Shown here: in pieces, positions 47,835 through 56,918 of the stretch | Position numbering within the stretch: the stretch's first letter is position 1 | Layout of the letters: each line of letters starts with the position of its first letter | Origin: a virus | Taxonomy: Duplodnaviria > Caudoviricetes | IMG/VR virus record: IMGVR_UViG_3300020238_000002 | Location: 6,898 to 70,897 of that record | DNA length: 64,000 bases | Strand: one strand, 5' to 3' | Notes under the pieces: generated by a model | What the model saw: only the letters and a program-made list of their open reading frames with translations | Databases searched by the model: none | Told to the model about the DNA's origin: nothing | Program-made: the position numbers and the translations under genes

Positions 47835-48659
47835 ATGGCGTTACATACTTTTAAAGAACACTATCTTGAAGAAGCTGCGGCAGAAACTGTAACTTTAAAC
47901 TGGGGTAGGTTTAATCCCCCTACTATTGGTCATGAAAAACTTTTAGACGTATCAATGTCTAAAGGATCAGGTGTACATAGAGTATATGCAACCCAATCCC
48001 AAGATAACAAAAAGAATCCCCTCGACTGGAAAACTAAAATTAAGTATATGCGTAAGGTGTTTCCTAAGCATGCAAGACATATACTTATGGACAAGAGAGC
48101 CAAAACAATATTTGATGTTCTTACCATTGCGCACGATGATGGCTTTAAGAATGTAGAGTTGTTTGTTGGTCAAGATCGATTAAAAGAATTCGAAACATTA
48201 GTAAACAAATATAACGGTGTGAAAGGCAGACACGGCTTTTATGACTTTGTAAATATTAAAATACTAAGTGCTGGTGATCGTGATCCCGATGCAGATGGAG
48301 CAGAAGGTATGTCAGCCTCAAAGATGAGAGCTGCAGCTGCCGATAATGATCTTATTGCATTTACAAGAGGTCTACCACCAAGATATAGAGATGCCGAAGG
48401 ACTGATGAATGCTGTCCGTAAAGGTATGGGTTTAAGAGAAGAGAAATCTTTTAGACAAGATATAAAATTAAAGAAGGCATCAAATCTTCGTGAGAAGTTT
48501 GTTGCTGGTAAATTATTTAATGTGAATGATCCTGTAAAATCAAATGACGGTCAAGAAGGAGTTATAGATACATTAGGAGCTAACCACGTTAAAGTAAAAT
48601 TGAAAGGAGATGGACAGTTTAAAACTTTCTGGCTCCAAGATTTATGTTTAAATAATTAG
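47835..48659 (+). CDS. HIGH-motif nucleotidyltransferase (cytidylyltransferase-like)
   Basis: GRFNPPTIGHEKL, VGQDR, SAGDRDPD, MSASKMR. Confidence 0.85.
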   Translation: MALHTFKEHYLEEAAAETVTLNWGRFNPPTIGHEKLLDVSMSKGSGVHRVYATQSQDNKKNPLDWKTKIKYMRKVFPKHARHILMDKRAKTIFDVLTIAHDDGFKNVELFVGQDRLKEFETLVNKYNGVKGRHGFYDFVNIKILSAGDRDPDADGAEGMSASKMRAAAADNDLIAFTRGLPPRYRDAEGLMNAVRKGMGLREEKSFRQDIKLKKASNLREKFVAGKLFNVNDPVKSNDGQEGVIDTLGANHVKVKLKGDGQFKTFWLQDLCLNN

Positions 48660-48669
48660 GAGATATATT

Positions 48670-48993
48670 ATGTCAAATATGGCAGGTGTAACAAAAGATA
48701 TGTACCCTGAAGGAACCGTAGCACATTTAGACGGTTTCAAAGGACCAAACGGTGAAGTTTTATTGGGTGTTGAATTCACTCAAGAAGAAGTTGACTCATG
48801 GAATGGTACAAGCTCGGACTTACCAGCGACTGGCGCTTCGGCTACCAGTAGCGCTAGTCCAGAACTTACGGTAACTGAAAAATCCACTAAAGCTGAGATG
48901 GAGGCCGAAGGGCGCAAGCACGGTATAGAATTAGACAGACGTAAGAATAAAAAAACACTGTGGAACCAGTTAAAGAAAGCAATAAGTAAGTAA
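48670..48993 (+). CDS. Hypothetical protein with C-terminal Rho-N/HeH-like motif
   Basis: TKAEMEAEGRKHGIELDRRKNK. Confidence 0.55.
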   Translation: MSNMAGVTKDMYPEGTVAHLDGFKGPNGEVLLGVEFTQEEVDSWNGTSSDLPATGASATSSASPELTVTEKSTKAEMEAEGRKHGIELDRRKNKKTLWNQLKKAISK

Positions 48994-49013
48994 AAACTTA
49001 ATAAATATATATT

Positions 49014-49370
49014 ATGGAATTGACTAAGAATAACTTCGAGTTATATGCTGCGAAGCATTATCAAAAAGATAAGTGGAGTACCGATGATGATTTCAAGGAA
49101 GATATGTCTCGGTTTAAATATATTAACAGATTAGTCAATAGGTATTATCGTGACGATGATTTGAAAGAACGATTAATATTAAACCATATTATTATATTAG
49201 GTAATGTGTTAGGGCCATCTATATGTGCTGAGATCTTAATGTCAAAGACACATCAAACCCTACAAAGTATTGTAAAAACCTTCTTGGTATATTTAAATTA
49301 TTTACCAGAAGATGAGTATGTTGAAGTTCCGTTAGACTCAACAATTATAGACGTATTAAGGAAGTTATGA
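49014..49370 (+). CDS. Conserved T4-like hypothetical protein
   Basis: NFELYAAKHY, RFKYINRL, ERLILNHII. Confidence 0.75.
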   Translation: MELTKNNFELYAAKHYQKDKWSTDDDFKEDMSRFKYINRLVNRYYRDDDLKERLILNHIIILGNVLGPSICAEILMSKTHQTLQSIVKTFLVYLNYLPEDEYVEVPLDSTIIDVLRKL

Positions 49371-49897
49371 GTCAGTATTTAAAAGAAAGCGCAGTAGATT
49401 TATTCATTACGTATAAATTTATTCGTCTTCTTACAACAAAGTGGAATAAGACTGATGCCTTTAAGGAAGGTGTAATTGACGCTAAAGGAAAGCTATTAGT
49501 TAAAATAGCAGATCAAACATCAGCACAAAAGAAAGCTTATACAACTTTTGATAGATTAGTTTTTAATCTAAAAAGAATCTTAGAGAAAGTACCATTCGGG
49601 AAATCTCAAATTGCTTCTTATGCCGCAGCACTCTTTTTATTAAAAGAAGAAACTGATATGGCAGAAGAAGATATCCTCAAGGTGCTTGAGGATTTAGGCC
49701 ATGATACTTCAATTGACTTAAATGAAGGTTTTAAAGAACTTCGTGAAGGCCAACACATACTAAATCATGATTTGCAAGAAAGCAAAAAGGGAACAATTGT
49801 GAATTTAGATTATATAGAACCAGTTGGGCATTTTGCTGGTGTTCCTATATATAAAACACAAGAAAACATTTATTTATCAGTAAACAATATATTATAA
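49367..49897 (+). CDS. Conserved T4-like hypothetical protein
   Basis: FIRLLT, GVIDAKG, RLVFNLKR, YAAALFLLKE. Confidence 0.75.
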   Translation: MSQYLKESAVDLFITYKFIRLLTTKWNKTDAFKEGVIDAKGKLLVKIADQTSAQKKAYTTFDRLVFNLKRILEKVPFGKSQIASYAAALFLLKEETDMAEEDILKVLEDLGHDTSIDLNEGFKELREGQHILNHDLQESKKGTIVNLDYIEPVGHFAGVPIYKTQENIYLSVNNIL

Positions 49898-49898
49898 G

Positions 49899-49928
49899 TA
49901 TGTACTTTCACACTTAGTGTGATATAAT
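49899..49928 (+). promoter_or_regulatory. TATGTAC-N17-TATAAT promoter upstream of nrdA
   Basis: Motif copy. Confidence 0.8.
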
Positions 49929-49950
49929 ATATTTATTTAATTGGAGTGAC

Positions 49951-52254
49951 ATGACGTCTATTAACGTAACCAAGCGCAGTGGTGAAACTGAGCCATTTAA
50001 CATTGACAAGATTCACCGAGTGCTGGAATGGGCTTGTCAAGACTTAGTTGGTGTATCAGTCTCTGAAATAGAGATGAGAGCTAACGTTCAAATATATGAG
50101 AAGATGCGTTCGACATCTATTCATGATCTCTTAATCAAATCAACATCGGAGCTTATTACTGAAGCTACACCTAACTATCAAACTGTTGCAGCAAGATTAA
50201 TCAATTACAAACTCAAGAAAGTTGTTTATGGTGACAAGGATCCATGGCCACTCAAAGATATTATTGAACATAATATTGATGCTGGAGTCTATGATCCTGA
50301 CATATTAAATATGTATTCTGAAGCTGAAATAGATTATATTAATGACCATATAATAGATCATTCACGAGATGATGACTTTACATATGCTGGCATGGAGCAG
50401 ATGAGGTCAAAGTATCTTGTACAGAATCGAACGGATGGCACAATATATGAAACACCTCAAGTGCTTTATATTATGATTGCTATGACATTATTCGGTAGGT
50501 ATAATGGAAGACGTATGAAATTTGTAAGAGACTTCTATAACGCTATATCACAATTTTATATCTCATTACCAACGCCTATTATGGCTGGTGTGAGAACTCC
50601 AACAAGACAATTCAGTTCATGTGTTGTATTAGAATCAAATGATTCTCTTGACTCAATCAATGCAACATCAACATCAATCGTTAAATATATTTCAAAGAAA
50701 GCTGGCTTAGGTATTAATGCTGGTAAGATCAGAGCTGTAGGTTCTCATATTGGTGATGGTTCAGTTGTACATACTGGTCTTATACCATTCCTCAAGTTAT
50801 TCCAAGCAAGTGTAAAGTCTTGTTCACAAGGTGGAGTACGTGGTGGAGCAGCAACAGTTTATCTACCGGTATGGCATTATGAGTTTGAAGATCTTGTTGT
50901 ATTAAAGAATAACCGTGGTACAGAAGAGACTCGTGTACGTAACATGGATTATGCCTTCCAATTTAATAAGCTTATGTACGAGAGATTATTAACTGGTGGG
51001 AACATTACTTTCTTCTCACCTGATGACGTACCTGGATTATATGATGCATTCTTTGAAGATCAAGATTTATTCCAAGAGTTATATGAAAAGTATGAAAGGT
51101 CCCGTAAGATTCGTAAGAAATCTTTACCAGCTCTTGAAGTATTCTCTCAATTCTTGACAGAACGTAAAGAGACAGGACGAATCTATTTACAAAATGTAGA
51201 TCATGCAAATACACATGGTGCATTCATCGAGAAGCAGGCCCCGATACACCAGTCGAATTTGTGTTGTGAAATTGATTTACCTTCACATGGTTTAGAATCA
51301 TATGATGATGCAAACAAAGGTGAGATTAGTTTATGTACATTATCTGCAATTAACTGGGGATTAATTAATGATCCGAAGGACTTCGAGAAGTATTGTGAGT
51401 TAGCTGTACGTTCTCTTGATGCTTTACTTGATTATCAAAACTATCCTATTGTTGCAGCACAAAGATCAACAATGAATAGAAGACCGTTAGGTGTAGGTAT
51501 TATTAACTTTGCATACTTCTTAGCAAAGAGAGGTTTAAAATATAATGATGATGCTCTTGCTACAGTTGATGAATACGCAGAAGCATGGTCATATTATCTT
51601 ATTAAGGCAAGTGCAGATCTTGCAAAAGAGAAGGGAACTTGCTATAAGGTCTTAGAGAGTAAATACGGACATGGTATCTTGCCAATAGACACATATAAAA
51701 AAGAGGTTGACGAACTAGTCAAGCACAAAGAAAGAATGCCATGGCAATCATTAAGAAAACAGTTACAAAAATCTGGTATACGTAATAGTACATTAATGGC
51801 TATTATGCCAGCTGAAACATCTGCCCAGATTGGTAATGCTACAAATGGTGTAGAACCACCTCGTGCACTTGTATCATACAAGCAATCGAAGGACGGAGTC
51901 ATGGCACAGGTTGTACCACAAATACACAATCTTAAAAACAAATACGATTTGCTATGGGATCAGCAAGGACCCGAAGGTTACTTAAAGATCATGGCAATCA
52001 TTCAAAAGTATGTTGACCAGGGTATATCTGTAAATACAAGTTATAACCCAGCTCAATACGAAGACAATAAAGTTCCTATGTCAGAAATGATGAAGGATCT
52101 TGTCACATTCTACAAATACGGAGGTAAGCAATTATATTACTTTAATACGAATGATCTAACTAACGAGGATGAATCAACTGAGCTTGATAAGACTCGTGAG
52201 GATTTTGCGACACAACAGGAGTATGATGACTATTGTGAGAGTTGTGTATTATAG
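49951..52254 (+). CDS. nrdA: Ribonucleotide reductase class Ia alpha subunit
   Basis: ATP cone (VTKRSG), QFSSC, SNLCCEI, KQLYY, C-terminal CESC. Confidence 0.98.
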   Translation: MTSINVTKRSGETEPFNIDKIHRVLEWACQDLVGVSVSEIEMRANVQIYEKMRSTSIHDLLIKSTSELITEATPNYQTVAARLINYKLKKVVYGDKDPWPLKDIIEHNIDAGVYDPDILNMYSEAEIDYINDHIIDHSRDDDFTYAGMEQMRSKYLVQNRTDGTIYETPQVLYIMIAMTLFGRYNGRRMKFVRDFYNAISQFYISLPTPIMAGVRTPTRQFSSCVVLESNDSLDSINATSTSIVKYISKKAGLGINAGKIRAVGSHIGDGSVVHTGLIPFLKLFQASVKSCSQGGVRGGAATVYLPVWHYEFEDLVVLKNNRGTEETRVRNMDYAFQFNKLMYERLLTGGNITFFSPDDVPGLYDAFFEDQDLFQELYEKYERSRKIRKKSLPALEVFSQFLTERKETGRIYLQNVDHANTHGAFIEKQAPIHQSNLCCEIDLPSHGLESYDDANKGEISLCTLSAINWGLINDPKDFEKYCELAVRSLDALLDYQNYPIVAAQRSTMNRRPLGVGIINFAYFLAKRGLKYNDDALATVDEYAEAWSYYLIKASADLAKEKGTCYKVLESKYGHGILPIDTYKKEVDELVKHKERMPWQSLRKQLQKSGIRNSTLMAIMPAETSAQIGNATNGVEPPRALVSYKQSKDGVMAQVVPQIHNLKNKYDLLWDQQGPEGYLKIMAIIQKYVDQGISVNTSYNPAQYEDNKVPMSEMMKDLVTFYKYGGKQLYYFNTNDLTNEDESTELDKTREDFATQQEYDDYCESCVL

Positions 52255-52334
52255 AGAAAAATATTCTACAGAATCTAGCTTTTGTAGAAAAATTTTATCT
52301 TTTTTAATGAACACCGCAAAATAGTTGCGTTTAG

Positions 52335-52365
52335 TATGTACAAAGTATATAAATTATGTTATAAT
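52335..52365 (+). promoter_or_regulatory. TATGTAC-N18-TATAAT promoter, with late promoter TATAAATA at 52394
   Basis: Motif copy heading the island that contains the tmRNA. Confidence 0.75.
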
Positions 52366-52404
52366 AGTTCCATGTTATCAAGATTAGGTTTGGTATAAAT
52401 AATT

Positions 52405-52548
52405 ATGGATTTATTAAATTACTTACTATTAGGGGTTATTCTTACCCTCGGGGCCACAGGATTATTATCCTGGGCTATCTTCCCAATTTTCCTTGAACTG
52501 AATGATGAGCTAAATGAAAAGTTTAAGGACGAGAACCCTTCGAGATAA
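52405..52548 (+). CDS. Small membrane peptide (47 aa, not in ORF track)
   Basis: MDLLNYLLLGVILTLGATGLLSWAIFPIFLELNDE... Confidence 0.4.
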   Translation: MDLLNYLLLGVILTLGATGLLSWAIFPIFLELNDELNEKFKDENPSR

Positions 52549-52586
52549 GGCTAAACTACTTTTTATAAAACGACATAGGAGAATAT

Positions 52587-52814
52587 ATGTTAGATAAAAT
52601 CACAAGCGGCGTTAGTGCTGCATCGGCTATTGCAATGTCACTAATTGGTTTAGCAATCTTATTGCAAATCGTATTTGGTGGAGCAGTACCTTTCCTTGGC
52701 GGTGACGTCATTGGTACGATCATTGGTATAGTCCAACAGCTAGGAGACGCTGGTTTAGTTGGTTTGATTTCTGCAGCGGTTTTGTGGAAGCTACTAACTC
52801 ATGATGATGCTTAA
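52587..52814 (+). CDS. Small integral membrane protein
   Basis: Almost entirely hydrophobic; AGGAG RBS. Confidence 0.75.
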   Translation: MLDKITSGVSAASAIAMSLIGLAILLQIVFGGAVPFLGGDVIGTIIGIVQQLGDAGLVGLISAAVLWKLLTHDDA

Positions 52815-52839
52815 TAACATTCATTCAATAATGAAGTGA

Positions 52840-53100
52840 GCTAGATAACGACGTAAAGGTAAAAGTAGGAGCACTTAAGACGTGGGTTCAATTCCCACCT
52901 CCTCCACCAAATAGATTTAAAATAGATTTATTTAATGGGGGAGACAAGGCATCGATTAGGTAGCAGAGCCGCTTGAGACTCGTCAGCCAACAAAGGCTTA
53001 AAAATGAAAATTTAATCGGCAATCAAAACGATTATTTACTAGCTGCTTAACGGCTAGTTGAGGTTTTCTTCCGGAGTTCCTTATCACCCAATACTCCGGA
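52840..53100 (+). ncRNA. ssrA: Circularly permuted (two-piece) tmRNA; tag peptide GNQNDYLLAA (outer boundaries approximate)
   Basis: T-arm GTGGG-TTCAATT-CCCAC plus CTCCTCC-A-CCA (52882-52909) precedes the 5' acceptor strand GGGGGAG (52937-52943), giving a 7-bp stem with G3:U70. Tag ORF is at 53018-53050. Confidence 0.9.
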
Positions 53101-53109
53101 TTTTCTTTT
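53070..53109 (+). terminator. Hairpin + T-run at tmRNA 3' end
   Basis: TCCGGAGT...ACTCCGGA followed by TTTTCTTTT. Confidence 0.6.
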
Positions 53110-53123
53110 ATATACATAATACC

Positions 53124-53450
53124 ATGATAAGCATAACGGATCACGCTATTGAAAAATTACAGGTTCTTTTAAAAAGTGAAGCTGGAATGACTCCTAAAAG
53201 CTTAAGGGTATTAGTCAAAACTACAGGCTGTTCTGGCCTAGCATATAATTTAGAGTATGCATACTATGCAAACAAAGAAGACATCATACAACAGTTTGAT
53301 GGCTTTCGTGTTTTTATAGATCCTAAATCATATGTGTATGTAGAAGGATGTGAGATAGACTATAAGTACGAAGGTCTAAATGAAGGATTTGAATTTTATA
53401 ACCCTAAAGAAAAAGCCAGATGTGGCTGTGGAGAATCATTTACAGTATGA
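53124..53450 (+). CDS. iscA: A-type Fe-S carrier IscA
   Basis: ISITDHA, VKTTGCSGLAY, EGLNEGFEFYNP, CGCGESF; ATG at 53124. Confidence 0.92.
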   Translation: MISITDHAIEKLQVLLKSEAGMTPKSLRVLVKTTGCSGLAYNLEYAYYANKEDIIQQFDGFRVFIDPKSYVYVEGCEIDYKYEGLNEGFEFYNPKEKARCGCGESFTV

Positions 53451-53971
53451 ATATATTTTATTTAGATAAAGATGCAAAGACTAGTGCAGAGATGCACCTT
53501 GACAAACATTGTAGTAAGATGCTAGTGGAATACGCACAGCTTATGTCTACAGCTCACCGTGTTCTTGACGGTACAGAGTATTATGACAAAAACAAAATTG
53601 GTTCAAAGATCAAACGCTGGAGGCATGAGGAAGATGCACTATATAAAGCTTCACATGTTAATCATCCGAGCAATGTGTGGCTTCGTCAAAGTATAAATAA
53701 TTACGCATTCCTCTATGAGATGTGGTGCCATCTACACGATGAATTTGTTATACGCTATGGCAAAGATCATATGTCATTCGTAAAACTCAAAGAAGTACTA
53801 AAGAACCCACCGCGTAATTGTGGTGATAGTCCATTTACACAACCGACACAAGCCATGCCTGACGATGTCAAGCATAGTGATAGCATTACTGCCTATAGAA
53901 ATTACTATAAGAAGTATAAGCAACATATCGCAGCATGGAAGACGGTTACACCAAGCTGGTATACTGTATGA
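53447..53971 (+). CDS. Pyrimidine-dimer DNA glycosylase / DenV-family-like protein
   Basis: MNIFYLD, DKHCSKMLVEYAQL, YKASHVNHPS, QAMPD, AYRNYY. Confidence 0.75.
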   Translation: MNIFYLDKDAKTSAEMHLDKHCSKMLVEYAQLMSTAHRVLDGTEYYDKNKIGSKIKRWRHEEDALYKASHVNHPSNVWLRQSINNYAFLYEMWCHLHDEFVIRYGKDHMSFVKLKEVLKNPPRNCGDSPFTQPTQAMPDDVKHSDSITAYRNYYKKYKQHIAAWKTVTPSWYTV

Positions 53972-55044
53972 AAAAAAGCGTATTTAAAATAAACACAAAA
54001 GGACACATGGATAAAGATCTATTCTTTGATGAAGGTGTCGACGTAGCAAGATATGATATTGTAAAATATTCACAATTACAAAAACTATATGAAAAGATGT
54101 TATCATTTTATTGGACTCCTGATGAGATCGATGTCACAAAAGACAAGATTGATTTTAGTAAGCTAACAAAGAATGAGCAACATATATTTACATCCAATCT
54201 CAAAAGACAAATCTTATTAGACTCAGTACAGGGCAGATCACCTGACTTGGCTTTATTGCCACTTGCAAGTAATCCTGAACTTGAGTTACTCATTGAGACG
54301 TGGGCATTCTTTGAGACTATTCATTCGAGATCATATACTCACGTGATCAGAAACGTGTATCCTAATCCTTCGAAGGTCTTCGATGAGATTACTTCGATAC
54401 CAGCAATATCCGAGTGTGGTAATGCAATCTCAGAACATTATGACAACCTGATCAATTATAGAGGCCCTCACGGTAGCTATAAGCATAAAAAGCTGTTATA
54501 TCTATGTTTAGTTTCTATATACATATTAGAAGGTATAAGATTTTATGTAAGCTTCGCATGTTCATGGGCTTTCGCAGAGCTTAAGCAAATGGAAGGTAAT
54601 GCAAAGATTATTAAATTAATTGCAAGAGATGAGAACTTACATCTTGCAGCTTCGTTAAATATTATACGTACTCTCTTAAAAGAAGATGAGGATTATGTGA
54701 AGATTAAAGAAGAAACTGATGGTCAAGTTCATCAACTATTTGAAGATGCATTAGTACAAGAAGAGGAATGGTGTGATTATCTATTTGGTAACGGTTCAAT
54801 GATTGGATTAAACGCTGACCTCTTAAAAGAATATGTACGTTGGATTGGTGCAAAGAGAATTAAATCTCTAAATTATCATGTACCATTTTCAGTACATCAG
54901 CATAACCCACTTCCATGGACAGAGAAATGGATTAGTGGCGGAGCAGTACAAGTTGCTCCACAAGAAACAGAAATCACATCGTATGTGCTCGGTGGAGTTA
55001 CACATGATGTCAATAAAAAATCATTCGAGGGATTAAGCTTATGA
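53968..55044 (+). CDS. nrdB: Ribonucleotide reductase class Ia beta subunit
   Basis: FYWTPDE, LLDSVQGR, ETIHSRSY, EGIRFYVSFACS, RDENLH, VAPQETEI. Confidence 0.97.
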   Translation: MKKSVFKINTKGHMDKDLFFDEGVDVARYDIVKYSQLQKLYEKMLSFYWTPDEIDVTKDKIDFSKLTKNEQHIFTSNLKRQILLDSVQGRSPDLALLPLASNPELELLIETWAFFETIHSRSYTHVIRNVYPNPSKVFDEITSIPAISECGNAISEHYDNLINYRGPHGSYKHKKLLYLCLVSIYILEGIRFYVSFACSWAFAELKQMEGNAKIIKLIARDENLHLAASLNIIRTLLKEDEDYVKIKEETDGQVHQLFEDALVQEEEWCDYLFGNGSMIGLNADLLKEYVRWIGAKRIKSLNYHVPFSVHQHNPLPWTEKWISGGAVQVAPQETEITSYVLGGVTHDVNKKSFEGLSL

Positions 55045-55286
55045 GTTTAGCAGTAGTATGGAGTAAAAACGGTTGTGTATATTGCACAAAAGCAAAAGAC
55101 TTTTTAAATAAAAAAGGAATTAATGTAGAAGAGAGAAATGTTGAATCAGGTGAATGGACACTGAGAGAATTACAAGAAGCAGTTCCAGGAGCAAGAGCAT
55201 TTCCACAAATCTTTATTGATGGCAAATATATTGGTGGCTACGATAAGATGATGTCACATGTTCAAATGGGAGAATTAAGTTTATGA
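55041..55286 (+). CDS. nrdC: Glutaredoxin
   Basis: CVYC, FPQIFIDG, IGGY. Confidence 0.92.
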   Translation: MSLAVVWSKNGCVYCTKAKDFLNKKGINVEERNVESGEWTLRELQEAVPGARAFPQIFIDGKYIGGYDKMMSHVQMGELSL

Positions 55287-55477
55287 TATGCCATGAATGC
55301 AATAGTCCAGACTTTGACGTTACTGTTAAAGAAGAATTAGGTTATGACAATAATCCTATAGATCTTGGATTGGAAGTGACGCACTGCCCTTTTTGCGGTG
55401 CTAATTTAGAATGGGCCCAACGTGGAGGATATGATGCATCAGAATACGATAACGATGAAGAACGATTGGACGTATAA
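55283..55477 (+). CDS. Zinc-ribbon protein
   Basis: CHEC...CPFCG. Confidence 0.7.
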   Translation: MICHECNSPDFDVTVKEELGYDNNPIDLGLEVTHCPFCGANLEWAQRGGYDASEYDNDEERLDV

Positions 55478-55907
55478 TGGACAAAGATTTACGACTGCTG
55501 ACATTGGCGATTGGTACGGGTTTGTTTATCGTATCACTAATCTCACTAATGGGATGGACTATATTGGGAGAAAGTATTTTAAAACCGTAAGGAAGTTAAA
55601 TCCATTAAAAGGATTTAAAAGAAAACGTAAGGTCTCAAAAGAAACTGATTGGCAAGATTATTGGGGTTCAAGTAATAGATTGACCGAAGATATAGAGAAG
55701 TTAGGTAAAGAGAACTTCAAACGTGAGATCATTTGTTTGTGTAAGACTCGAGGTGATACAAACTATATGGAAGCGAAGATCCAATTTGATGAGAATGTGT
55801 TATTGAATGAGAATAATTATAACGGTATTATTGCTGTAAAGATTGGTGTAGGATCAGTAAAAAATTTAGCTGAAGACTATGTACAAAGCAATAAAAACAT
55901 GTTATAA
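55455..55907 (+). CDS. GIY-YIG family endonuclease-like protein
   Basis: GFVYRITN...YIGRK, YWGS, FKREI, YNG. Confidence 0.75.
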   Translation: MKNDWTYNGQRFTTADIGDWYGFVYRITNLTNGMDYIGRKYFKTVRKLNPLKGFKRKRKVSKETDWQDYWGSSNRLTEDIEKLGKENFKREIICLCKTRGDTNYMEAKIQFDENVLLNENNYNGIIAVKIGVGSVKNLAEDYVQSNKNML

Positions 55908-55908
55908 T
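55878..55908 (+). promoter_or_regulatory. TATGTAC-N18-TATAAT promoter upstream of rnh
   Basis: Motif copy. Confidence 0.75.
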
Positions 55909-55937
55909 ATACTTTAAATAATGAATATAGGTAAATT

Positions 55938-56795
55938 ATGGTACTAGTAGACTTTAATGGTTTAGCAATCGGGTCCATCATGGGTCAGTTAAATCGTGGC
56001 GAAGAGCTTAGTGAAAACTTAGTTAAACACATCATTCTGAATAATCTCAGGATATATCGTAACAAATACAAAGAAGCTGATCATGGTAAAATGGTGATCG
56101 CGTGTGATAGTTACTCTTGGCGTAAGGATGTATTCCCGGAGTATAAGGCTGCACGTAAAGCTAATCGTGAATCAGATAAACATGATTGGAAAGAGATCTT
56201 TGATTTAATTGAATCTACTCTTAATGACTTACGTGAGAACTTCCCTTATGCTGTTATCAAGATTGATAGTGCAGAAGCTGATGATATTATTGGTGCATTA
56301 ACTGTACATAAATCTGATTTTGGTGGTGAGGATGTAGTTATTATATCTGCTGATAAAGACTTTATTCAGTTACAACAATACGGTAATGTCACAGAACAAT
56401 GGTCACCACTATTTAATAAAATGGTTAAAGATGACAATCCTCGTAAATACTTATTCGAACACTTACTCAAAGGTGATTCTGGTGATGGTGTGCCAAATGC
56501 TAATTCTCACGATAATGTATTTACTACAGGTTCAAGACAAACACCTATGACACAAAAACAGATAGACAAATACTGGGATAATCGTGATGATCTTGAAATG
56601 ATTATGAAGCCTAATGTCTATCGTAACTTTATGCGTAATGTACAAATGATTGACTTGACTAATACTCCAGATGGTATTCGTGAAGCAGCTATAAATATGT
56701 ACGAGAATTACACATATCCACCACGTGGTAATATACTCACGTACTTAATAGAACACCGCATGAAAATGCTTATTGATAATGCATCAGAGTTTTGA
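55938..56795 (+). CDS. rnh: RNase H / 5'-3' exonuclease (T4 rnh)
   Basis: WRKDVFPEYKA, EADDII, SADKDFIQL, GDSGDGVPN. Confidence 0.95.
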   Translation: MVLVDFNGLAIGSIMGQLNRGEELSENLVKHIILNNLRIYRNKYKEADHGKMVIACDSYSWRKDVFPEYKAARKANRESDKHDWKEIFDLIESTLNDLRENFPYAVIKIDSAEADDIIGALTVHKSDFGGEDVVIISADKDFIQLQQYGNVTEQWSPLFNKMVKDDNPRKYLFEHLLKGDSGDGVPNANSHDNVFTTGSRQTPMTQKQIDKYWDNRDDLEMIMKPNVYRNFMRNVQMIDLTNTPDGIREAAINMYENYTYPPRGNILTYLIEHRMKMLIDNASEF

Positions 56796-56918
56796 GCGAA
56801 GACGAACTAAGACAATTCATGGAGTATTTTAAAGATGAGTTACCTGATCCAGAGCATCATCCTCTTAAAGTAATGTGGTTATACAGATGGTGGAAAAGCA
56901 TTGTTATAAGGAATAGAA

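Noticed and set aside
29932-52254. Inteins or group I introns in gp43, gp41, uvsX or nrdA
   Set aside because: The frames are uninterrupted, the lengths are normal, and no intein splice motifs were seen.
52881-52909. Stand-alone tRNA gene or attP-like tRNA fragment
   Set aside because: There is no anticodon arm upstream. The matching 5' acceptor strand and tag frame lie downstream, which fits a permuted tmRNA.
53058-53123. N-terminal extension of IscA given in the ORF track
   Set aside because: It overlaps the tmRNA terminal hairpin; IscA homology begins at ATG 53124.
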